Shown here in pieces: positions 26,937 through 33,927 of a stretch of 33,927 nt of DNA. The notes below the pieces were generated by a model. That model did not search any database, had not been told where the DNA came from, and was given only the letters and a program-made list of their open reading frames with translations. Position numbers and translations under genes: made by a program. This DNA is from Candidatus Hadarchaeales archaeon (GTDB lineage: Archaea > Hadarchaeota > Hadarchaeia > Hadarchaeales > Hadarchaeaceae): the NCBI GenBank assembly GCA_038872135.1, contig JAVZGN010000011.1:1-33927 (forward strand), read 5' to 3'. How positions within the stretch are numbered: position 1 is the stretch's first letter; the number at the start of each line of letters is the position of its first letter.

Positions 26937-27494
26937 ATGCGCGACGAATACCTCGAATACTCCATATGGCTCCTCATCATTGGAAGCTGGGTCGCAGGGA
27001 TGGTATATGGGAAGTGGGGCGGCGGTGCCGGCAGCATCTTCTCCGAGGTGGGGCAAGCAGTTGGAATCCCCCCGCCGGTTCAGCTGGCCTGGTGGCAGCC
27101 CCTTCTCTACTTCCCACTCACAGTTCTCGCGGCATTCATCCTCTCCCAGCTCTTCTTCGGCGGTGGAGCGGTTCTCTTCATCTTTTCCAGAGGTGTGAGC
27201 GATAGCCTCCTCCTGAAAAACCTGGAAAACCTGCTGGCCAGCTGGGACATCCTTTCACTTCAGGCAGCCACCGTCTGGGCAATATTCTTCATCATCTTAG
27301 TGCTGGCCGTCAACCTCCCTCTCTGTCTCTGGGCTTCCCATCTCGGCGCAAAAAGATCTTTCAGGATGCTTCAAAGGTTGCGGGGGAATCCACTGAGACC
27401 TGAGAGCGGCATCCTCACCGGGATTCTTCTCCTGATGGCCGTCTCTCTCGTCGCAGGCTTGATTGGGACTTTTGCCCTCTCCTATGCGCTCTAA
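26937..27494 (+). CDS. Hypothetical polytopic membrane protein
   Basis: 185 aa with 4-5 hydrophobic segments, co-oriented with its neighbours. Confidence 0.72.
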   Translation: MRDEYLEYSIWLLIIGSWVAGMVYGKWGGGAGSIFSEVGQAVGIPPPVQLAWWQPLLYFPLTVLAAFILSQLFFGGGAVLFIFSRGVSDSLLLKNLENLLASWDILSLQAATVWAIFFIILVLAVNLPLCLWASHLGAKRSFRMLQRLRGNPLRPESGILTGILLLMAVSLVAGLIGTFALSYAL

Positions 27495-27540
27495 ATTTGC
27501 CGTGAAAAAGTTTTAAAATTTCCCCGGTCAAGGGAAAGGG

Positions 27541-28677
27541 ATGCAAATAAAAGTCGGGATATTGGGAGCAACGGGCGAGGTGGGCCAGAGGTTTGTGCTG
27601 AACCTTCAGAGACATCCATGGTTCAAAATAGCCGCACTTTATGCCTCGGAGAAATCTGCCGGAAAAACCTACAGGGAAGCTCTTAGTTATGGAAAGGAAG
27701 ATTCCCGATGGTTCTGCAGGGAAAAGCCGTTAGAGGAAGTCCTGGAAATGGAAGTAAAGAGCATGGAGAAAATAGATGCTGGAGAATGCTCGCTCTTTTT
27801 CTCAGCCCTCCCATCCGAGGTCGCGCTGGAAGTCGAGGGGAGGGTGGCGAGGGAGAAGCCGGTTGTGAGCACAGCTTCGGCCTACCGCTACTTTGATGAC
27901 AGCTTCACATATCTCCCAGGAGTGAACGAGGACCACGTGCAGATGATCGAGGTCCAGCGGAGGAACAGGGGGTGGAGAGGCTTCGTCGTCCCCCAGCCGA
28001 ACTGCACCACCATCGGGCTGGCACTTTCGCTGAAGCCCATTTACGAGAAGTTTGGGCTGAGAAGCGTTGTGATGGCCTCCATGCAGTCTGTCTCGGGGGC
28101 GGGCTATGCGGCCGTGGCAGAGTGGGCTAAGCAGAGAAAGGCGCAGGGCAGTGAGCTTCCTTATCCACTGGAAAATTACTCCCTGAAGATGTTCGAAGGA
28201 AATGTCATCCCATACATAAAGGATGAGGAGATGAAGGTCAAGAGAGAAACTGTTAAACTTCTTGGAAAGATGGTTGGAGAAAGAATAGAACCTGCGAGGT
28301 TTCTGATCACCTGCAAATGCAACAGGGTCCCCGTTCTCTACGGGCACACGGAATCGGTTTTCATCCAGACAGAAAAGAAATGTACGCTGGTTGAACTCAA
28401 AGAAGCATGGAGGAACTACATGGGGCTACCCCAGAAACTGGGTTTGCCGACAGCTCCAAAGCATCCGATAGTCGTGATGGAGGAGGTCGACAGGCCGCAG
28501 CCGAGGTTTGATTCCAACATTGAAAATGGGATGGTGGCTGTCATCGGGGGTGTTGAGGAGACCCCATTTGAAAACGGCTTCCAGTACACGGTTCTTTCGC
28601 ACAATATCGAGCTGGGAGCTGCGAGGGGGGCGGTCTTAGCAGCAGAATATCTATACAAGGCCGGTCTCATCTCTTGA
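27541..28677 (+). CDS. asd: Aspartate-semialdehyde dehydrogenase (archaeal type)
   Basis: GILGATGEVGQRF, FSALPS, catalytic PNCTT, QSVSGAG, NVIPYI, CNRVPV..GHT, DRPQPR, SHN...GAA. Confidence 0.92.
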   Translation: MQIKVGILGATGEVGQRFVLNLQRHPWFKIAALYASEKSAGKTYREALSYGKEDSRWFCREKPLEEVLEMEVKSMEKIDAGECSLFFSALPSEVALEVEGRVAREKPVVSTASAYRYFDDSFTYLPGVNEDHVQMIEVQRRNRGWRGFVVPQPNCTTIGLALSLKPIYEKFGLRSVVMASMQSVSGAGYAAVAEWAKQRKAQGSELPYPLENYSLKMFEGNVIPYIKDEEMKVKRETVKLLGKMVGERIEPARFLITCKCNRVPVLYGHTESVFIQTEKKCTLVELKEAWRNYMGLPQKLGLPTAPKHPIVVMEEVDRPQPRFDSNIENGMVAVIGGVEETPFENGFQYTVLSHNIELGAARGAVLAAEYLYKAGLIS

Positions 28678-29245
28678 ACTTTCTGATGACCTTCAGAGAT
28701 TGCGCGAGCTCCTTCACAAGTTTTCTTTCGCTCAGCTTTCCGTGAGCTGCTAAAACAGCGGCAACGATCAGGGCAACGAGATAAACGAGGGTGGGATCCG
28801 GGAGAAATCCCACGATGCCTGAAAGGGCAATACTCCAGAAGATGCTTGAAACAACTGCTCCAGCTGTCACTGCCGGGAAAATGGCCGAGGTTTTCACGTT
28901 CAAAACTGAGGCGAGAAGAGCTGCCCAAGAAACGCCGAAGAGGAGGGTGAAAAAGAAGACTGCAACACCGAGACCAACACCCCTCATCCTCTCCTCAAAC
29001 TCTCTGAACTTCTTCTCCACTGTGACCAGCAGCTTTTTCTCCCACCCGCGGCCGACTATCCTCACAAACCTCAGCGCCTCATACCTCAGAACTCTGAATA
29101 TCAGGAACCAGATGGGAACAAGGAGGAGGTGAAAGAGAGTCACGGTGAGGGTTGTTTCCAGCGGAGACATTCCATTTGCCAAAGCATAGGAGGCTCCGGC
29201 CACTGGGCCTAGGATAAATGTTATCGCAAACAGGATGTGCAGCAT
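28667..29245 (-). CDS. Membrane protein, small multidrug-export-like
   Basis: Start ATG 29245 (the longer ORF runs through the tRNA); about 5 TM helices. Family call is tentative. Confidence 0.65.
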   Translation of the reverse strand: MLHILFAITFILGPVAGASYALANGMSPLETTLTVTLFHLLLVPIWFLIFRVLRYEALRFVRIVGRGWEKKLLVTVEKKFREFEERMRGVGLGVAVFFFTLLFGVSWAALLASVLNVKTSAIFPAVTAGAVVSSIFWSIALSGIVGFLPDPTLVYLVALIVAAVLAAHGKLSERKLVKELAQSLKVIRKFKR

Positions 29246-29280
29246 CAAGAAAAGAGCCCATTCAAGGAAAAAAACTTTTG

Positions 29281-29398
29281 TGGTAGCGGGGGGAGGACTT
29301 GAACCTCCGACCTCCGGGTTATGAGCCCGGCGGGCACTCCACGCTGCCCTACCCTTATAGGCCAAAAGGCTCGCTACGGAAGGGTAGCTCTCCCCGCT
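29281..29398 (-). tRNA. Initiator tRNA-Met(CAT) interrupted in the acceptor stem (4/5); best BHB intron 29355-29371, duplicated 5' end at 29392-29398
   Basis: A1:U72 pair, three G-C pairs in the anticodon stem (CCGGG-CTCATAA-CCCGG), CCCCGCT-ACCA 3' end. The 5' AGCG is separated from GGGTAGGGCAG by an insert. Confidence 0.9.
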
Positions 29399-29453
29399 AC
29401 CAACCTTTACCTCGGGGGGAGAAAATATAGGTTTTGTGTTACATATTTTTGGG

Positions 29454-29867
29454 ATGAAAATGGTGTTGAAAATAAGGAAAATGGAGCTGGATGAAATCTT
29501 TAGGCATTCTGAAGCCTGCTATCCTTTTGAAGCCTGTGGAATTCTGATAGGGAGGAAAACCGGAAAGGAAAAAGTTGTTGAAAAGGTGATTTTAGCAAAA
29601 AATGTCCTTAGCTCCCCAGTGGAATATGAGGTGGATGCCGAGAGCCTGTTTAAAGCCTTTGAGCTCGCTGAGAGAAATGGACTGGAAGTTCTGGGGTTTT
29701 TCCACAGCCATCCCCATCATGAGCCCTTCTGGTCGAGCATCGATGAGGAAAGAAGCAAGTACTGGGTAGACCATTCCTTTCTGATAGTCTCCCCGGCGCT
29801 GAGAAGATTTAAAAGCTATGAAAAGAGGGAGTCTGGAACGGTTGAGGAAGAACTCAGATTAATGTAG
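29454..29867 (+). CDS. JAMM/MPN+ (Mov34) metalloprotease, desampylase/Mec-like
   Basis: YPFEACGILIG and FHSHP......S..D JAMM motif. Confidence 0.9.
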   Translation: MKMVLKIRKMELDEIFRHSEACYPFEACGILIGRKTGKEKVVEKVILAKNVLSSPVEYEVDAESLFKAFELAERNGLEVLGFFHSHPHHEPFWSSIDEERSKYWVDHSFLIVSPALRRFKSYEKRESGTVEEELRLM

Positions 29868-30162
29868 GGCCCGAGTTCTGATCAAAAGTTTGAAAACTTG
29901 CTAATGGAACCAGTAGTTTCAAAAATTTTCCATTAGTTGGTTTTAGAGAGATGTTTGCAAGATTAATTCAGAACAAATGTATCTTCAGATCATCTCGGGC
30001 AGAGTTTCATTTGTTGTTAACGTATCGTAAACTTTATCGTTAATCGAGCTGTTTACGAAAAAATGACCAAATCTCACCCTCAAGAAAGGTTGTGGCATCG
30101 ACTCAAATGCTTTTTTCGAAGGTTTAAATCCAGAGGGTTTAAGATATAGTGAGGTGATTTGA

Positions 30163-30321
30163 ATGACAATTGTCTTGTGCTGTGGAAAGAAGGGCTGCGC
30201 AAAAATTGAGTTCAAAGAGGACTGTGTGGAAATCTCAGGAGAGGGAACCGCAAGAATTTCCAGAGATGAATGGAACCTGCTGGTGGATAAAATCGCAGCC
30301 GGAGAGCTCGGGAAGATTTAG
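30163..30321 (+). CDS. 52-aa Cys-rich microprotein (absent from the ORF track)
   Basis: GAGGTGA RBS at 30151; MTIVLCCGKKGCAKIEFKEDCVEISGEGTARISRDEWNLLVDKIAAGELGKI; TTTAAA box at 30123. Confidence 0.72.
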   Translation: MTIVLCCGKKGCAKIEFKEDCVEISGEGTARISRDEWNLLVDKIAAGELGKI

Positions 30322-31526
30322 GCGAAGGCACCGGCAATCTCTCTAAGAACCGAGGCAAGCTTCTCTACCTCTTTCCGGGTGTTATAAAGGTAGAAGGAGG
30401 CCCTCACGCTTCCTTCTGGTCTTTTCAGAAACTCTTTGTGCAGCGGCATCGCGCAGTGATGGCCCGATCTCACCATTATCTTCGCAGAGTTGTCCAAGAT
30501 TGAGGCGACGTCGTGGGGCTGCATTCCCTTTATATTGAAGGCAATTATCCCACATTTTTTCTGCGGGGTTTCAGGCCCATAGATTTCAACCGCAGGGATT
30601 TCGCTAATTTCTTTCAGGGTCAATGCCGTCAATTCTCTCTCATGTCCTGCTATCTCTTCCATCCCAATGTTTTTCAAATAGTCAACCGCCGTCCCAAGAC
30701 CAATGGCTTCGGCAATTGGAGGGGTCCCGGCTTCAAACCCCGCCGGGGAGGGAGAGAGCGAATAACTCTCAACCCCAACATCTTCAATAGTTCCACCCCC
30801 GATAATTGGCGGCTCGAGTTTTGCCAGCAATTCCCTCCTCCCATAGAGAACCCCTATTCCAGTTGGACCAAGCATCTTGTGCCCCGAAAATGCAAGATAG
30901 TCGCAGTCTAGGTCGTTAACATTCACTGGAAGGTGAGGGACCGATTGAGCGCCATCAACAACGATTTCAGCCCCCCTCTCATGGGCGATCTCTGCAATCT
31001 CTTTCACCGGGGCAATTGTTCCGAGAACATTGGAAACGTGGGCAACTGCCACCAGCCGGGTTTTCTCATCTATCGCTCTTTCGAAACTCTCCACGTCCAA
31101 ACATCCATCTCGATTGGGAGGAATGATTTCGATTTCAACACCAAATCTTTTCGCAACCCTCTGCCAGATGATAAAGTTGGAGTGGTGCTCCAGCAGGGTC
31201 GTGACTATCTTCTGTCCCTTTTCCCACTTCATCCCACTCGCCACGATGTTCAAGGCTTCGGTTGCATTTTTCGTGAAGATTATTTCAGCAGGTTCTGCGG
31301 CGTTCAAAAACTTTCTGATTTTCTCCCTAGCTTCTTCAACCTCAGCGGTTGCCTTCACCGAAAGCCTGTGAACTCCCCGCTCAACATTGCCCCTGTATTC
31401 CCTGTAAAATTCCAGCATCTTCTGAAGGACTGGCTCGGGAGTTAAACTGCTGGCTGCGTTGTCCATGTAGATTATTCCAGAAGAAAGGATGGGAAAATCT
31501 CGCCGTATCTTTTCAACTTCTATCAT
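30318..31526 (-). CDS. sufS: Cysteine desulfurase, SufS/class II
   Basis: YMDNAASS, EHHSN, HVSNVLG, DGAQ, SGHKMLGPTG, FEAGTP, catalytic RSGHHCA, RASFYLYN. Confidence 0.93.
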   Translation of the reverse strand: MIEVEKIRRDFPILSSGIIYMDNAASSLTPEPVLQKMLEFYREYRGNVERGVHRLSVKATAEVEEAREKIRKFLNAAEPAEIIFTKNATEALNIVASGMKWEKGQKIVTTLLEHHSNFIIWQRVAKRFGVEIEIIPPNRDGCLDVESFERAIDEKTRLVAVAHVSNVLGTIAPVKEIAEIAHERGAEIVVDGAQSVPHLPVNVNDLDCDYLAFSGHKMLGPTGIGVLYGRRELLAKLEPPIIGGGTIEDVGVESYSLSPSPAGFEAGTPPIAEAIGLGTAVDYLKNIGMEEIAGHERELTALTLKEISEIPAVEIYGPETPQKKCGIIAFNIKGMQPHDVASILDNSAKIMVRSGHHCAMPLHKEFLKRPEGSVRASFYLYNTRKEVEKLASVLREIAGAFA

Positions 31527-31565
31527 CTTCTCACAATCCAGTCTGCACAGGAGGATTAGAAATTT

Positions 31566-32237
31566 TCATTCCCATCCTCCAGAATCTGCAAGGATTTTCA
31601 TCCCCACCGCTGCGTCCCTTTTGTCTCTCGCTTCTATGATGAACTGGAGGGCGAAGAACCTCCCCCTCTCAACCATCTCCCTCCCTTCAGCCGCTTCATC
31701 TTTTGCTATTTGAAGGAGATCAAGGGAGTGAAGAAGAATTTCTGCTCCCTCCAGCCCATCCACTTTTATTTTTTCCTCCCCCTCTGTGCACTTCCCGCAC
31801 TTTCCATTTGCGCAGAAAATTGCGGCTCTTCCGCAGACTGGGCAGAGAGCCGCGGGCCAAACTAGCCGCCCCACGCCAGAGGCAGTTTTCATCAGATCTT
31901 CTTTGCTCAGCCCCCGCTGAATCTTCAGCTTTCCGTTCCTGAAAATGCTGATTTCTCTCCCCTTCAGAGTGAATTTCGCCACTCCAAGATTCTCGCTGCA
32001 CCTGAGATAGGAAAATCTCCTCCTGTGAACTTCGAGAAGCCTGCAGAGGACCTTCTGGTCAAAAAACCTCTCAGCATCCGGCGCCAGCTCAACATCAGCC
32101 ATCAGCCGGCCCCGCTCGGACGCGCATGGCTGGATGTAAAGAATCGTCTCCCTCTTCACCTTCGCGAGCTCAGGGATTTCCAGTCCTCTCGCCACGATGC
32201 ATTCAGGAAGATAGCGCAGCACCATCGCTTCTTTCAC
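31566..32237 (-). CDS. Cys-rich hypothetical protein, putative Fe-S/metal-binding
   Basis: QPCA; CPVC-x6-C-x4-CGKC cluster; GTGA overlap with iscU. Confidence 0.7.
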   Translation of the reverse strand: MKEAMVLRYLPECIVARGLEIPELAKVKRETILYIQPCASERGRLMADVELAPDAERFFDQKVLCRLLEVHRRRFSYLRCSENLGVAKFTLKGREISIFRNGKLKIQRGLSKEDLMKTASGVGRLVWPAALCPVCGRAAIFCANGKCGKCTEGEEKIKVDGLEGAEILLHSLDLLQIAKDEAAEGREMVERGRFFALQFIIEARDKRDAAVGMKILADSGGWE

Positions 32238-32647
32238 TTCGCCCCGCTCCCGCCAGCTTTCCTGTACTCTTGGATAGCTTTTTTCAGCGTCCTGTATGCT
32301 AGGGTGGCGCAGTGCATTTTCAGCGTTGGAAGGCCCCCCAAGCTCTCGACAATCTCCTTTATGGTGATTTTCTCTGCCTCATCAACAGTCTTTCCCTTGA
32401 TGAGCTCTGTTGTTGCAGATCCGGTGGCAATGTTTGCCGCGCATCCAAAGGAGAGATATTTGGCGTCCACTATTCTGTTGTTTTCTATTTTCAGAAACAT
32501 CTTGAACATGTCTCCACACTGGGGATCCCCTTCTGTCACGGTGATTGTTGGGTTTTCCATCTCCCCCATGTTTTTCGGGTTCCTGAAGAGCTCCAGCACT
32601 TTCTCAGTATATTTTAGGAGGCTTCTTTCAGTGTATTCGGCGGGCAT
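32234..32647 (-). CDS. iscU: Fe-S cluster scaffold IscU/NifU-N
   Basis: FRNPKNMG, GDPQCGD, FGCAA, LGGLP..KMHCA; all three Cys ligands present. Confidence 0.93.
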   Translation of the reverse strand: MPAEYTERSLLKYTEKVLELFRNPKNMGEMENPTITVTEGDPQCGDMFKMFLKIENNRIVDAKYLSFGCAANIATGSATTELIKGKTVDEAEKITIKEIVESLGGLPTLKMHCATLAYRTLKKAIQEYRKAGGSGAK

Positions 32648-32651
32648 CTCT

Positions 32652-33818
32652 TCACATCTCCTCAGGTTTTATTGGGCTTATCCTCCTTAAACCCTCTATC
32701 ACCCCCGGAAGAACTCCAAGGGTGTACTCGATCTCTTCCATCTTCGTCATCCAGGTGAATGTGAATCTTATGGAGCCGTGGGCAACCTCCGGCTTGATCC
32801 CTATGGCCGTGAGAACATGGCTTGGCTCCAGCTTCCTTGTCGCGCAGGCTGAGCCTGTGGCCACAGCTATCCCATGAAGATCTAGCCTCAGAAGAATCGA
32901 CTCCCCCTCAATCCCCTTGAAAGAATAATTGACATTTGAGGGGCTTCTCTTCTCCCCCCTCGGCCCGTGTAGGACCACGTGGGGGATGCTCTCCTCTATT
33001 CCACTCATGAGCCTCTCCCTGAGCTTCACCATGTACGCTCTGTGCTCCTCCAGTTTTTCCGATGCAATTTCAGCTGCTTTTGCAAATCCAACAATCCCCG
33101 CGACATTCTCCGTCCCAGGCCGGAGAGGTGAAAGAGAGACGTAACCGCTGCCCAGCGGCTCTATCTCAGTCCCTTTCCTCAGGTAGAGAGCACCGACGCC
33201 TTTTGGTCCATGGATCTTGTGGGCGCTGAGGCTCAGGAGGTCCGCCCCGATCTCCTCAACATCTATTTTGACCCTCCCATAACCCGCCGCGGCATTCACA
33301 TGAAGGTAAACATCTCTTCCTTCAAGAATCTCCTTTATTTCTTCCATCGGTTGGATGGTGCCAATTTCATCGTTGACATTTCCTATGCTGACGAGAATTG
33401 TTTTGTCTGTGAGGCGCCGCTTGAGTTCTTCAAGGTTCACAAAGCCCTCGCGGTCAACCGAGAGGTAGTCTACTTTGAAACCTTCCTTTTCCAGGCGCTC
33501 GCAGATTCTCAGCACCCCAGGGTTTTCGATTTTAGTTGTTATAATGTGGTTTCCGCGTTTTCTGTTTGCATACGCAACTCCCCTAAGAGCAAGATCGTTG
33601 GACTCGGTCGCTCCAGAGGTGAAGATTATTTCCTCCTTTCCCGCACTTATTGTCCTCGCTATTTTCTCCCGTGATTTTTCAATGGCGTCCGCAGCTTCCT
33701 GGCCAAGGGAGTAGAGGAAGAGGGGGTGCCCAAACTTCTCTGTGAGATAGGGGAGCATGGCTTCAAGAACTTCTTTTGAAACCGGTGTGGTGCTCCCGCA
33801 ATCGAGATATGCTTTCAT
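32652..33818 (-). CDS. iscS: IscS/NifS-like class I cysteine desulfurase homolog with altered PLP pocket
   Basis: FTSGATES, SAHKIHGPKGVG, RPGTENV, GSAC...PSHVL, GSIRF. Several PLP-contact residues are substituted. Confidence 0.85.
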   Translation of the reverse strand: MKAYLDCGSTTPVSKEVLEAMLPYLTEKFGHPLFLYSLGQEAADAIEKSREKIARTISAGKEEIIFTSGATESNDLALRGVAYANRKRGNHIITTKIENPGVLRICERLEKEGFKVDYLSVDREGFVNLEELKRRLTDKTILVSIGNVNDEIGTIQPMEEIKEILEGRDVYLHVNAAAGYGRVKIDVEEIGADLLSLSAHKIHGPKGVGALYLRKGTEIEPLGSGYVSLSPLRPGTENVAGIVGFAKAAEIASEKLEEHRAYMVKLRERLMSGIEESIPHVVLHGPRGEKRSPSNVNYSFKGIEGESILLRLDLHGIAVATGSACATRKLEPSHVLTAIGIKPEVAHGSIRFTFTWMTKMEEIEYTLGVLPGVIEGLRRISPIKPEEM

Positions 33819-33927
33819 CAGTCATCCCTCAACGTTGGAGAATAAAGATGTTGTTGATTAGAGACAGGGAAGTTTATGGATGAGTTTTCTCATGGCCATT
33901 GTATCGGGGGCGAGATATTCTACTCCG

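Noticed and set aside
29246-29365. 40-aa N-terminal extension of the 232-aa ORF
   Set aside because: It reads through the tRNA-Met gene; ATG 29245 is the plausible start.
29372-29398. Second, nested 23-nt intron in tRNA-iMet after removal of the 17-nt intron
   Set aside because: The registers I tested across the duplicated GTAGCGGGG gave no 4-bp BHB central helix; removal as a 5' leader is more parsimonious.
29985-30215. 76-aa minus-strand ORF
   Set aside because: No motif or RBS, and it overlaps the better-supported microprotein and its promoter.
33858-33927. Possible 3' end of an upstream minus-strand gene (GVEYLAPDTMAMRKLIHKLPCL)
   Set aside because: Only 22 codons are visible at the window edge; cannot be identified.

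Overview
Archaeal chromosomal window. Evidence: archaeal initiator tRNA, bulge-helix-bulge (BHB) tRNA introns, TATA-like promoters, GGTGA/GGAGG RBSs and class III signal peptides. Layout: (1) 1-12.2 kb is a surface-glycan locus with a radical SAM/SPASM protein, methyltransferase, TagF-like transferase, NeuB, SDR, transketolase, NeuA, GmhA-like, GmhB-like, transaldolase, nucleotidyltransferase and epimerase. (2) 12.2-19.4 kb holds membrane proteins, an NfeD homolog lacking its catalytic dyad, tRNA-Val with a D-arm intron, a membrane-anchored wHTH regulator divergent from a secreted coiled-coil protein, and thiC. (3) A decayed vapBC pair and a hicBA mini-islet lie at tRNA-Ile. (4) A six-gene type IV pilin-like operon is followed by an ATPase relic at tRNA-Thr and asd. 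(5) The initiator tRNA-Met is interrupted in the acceptor stem (4/5) and has a duplicated 5' end. (6) A JAMM protease, an unannotated Cys-rich microprotein and an iscS-iscU-X-sufS cluster close the window; the IscS has a degenerate PLP pocket. All family calls are from motif recognition by eye, not database searches.
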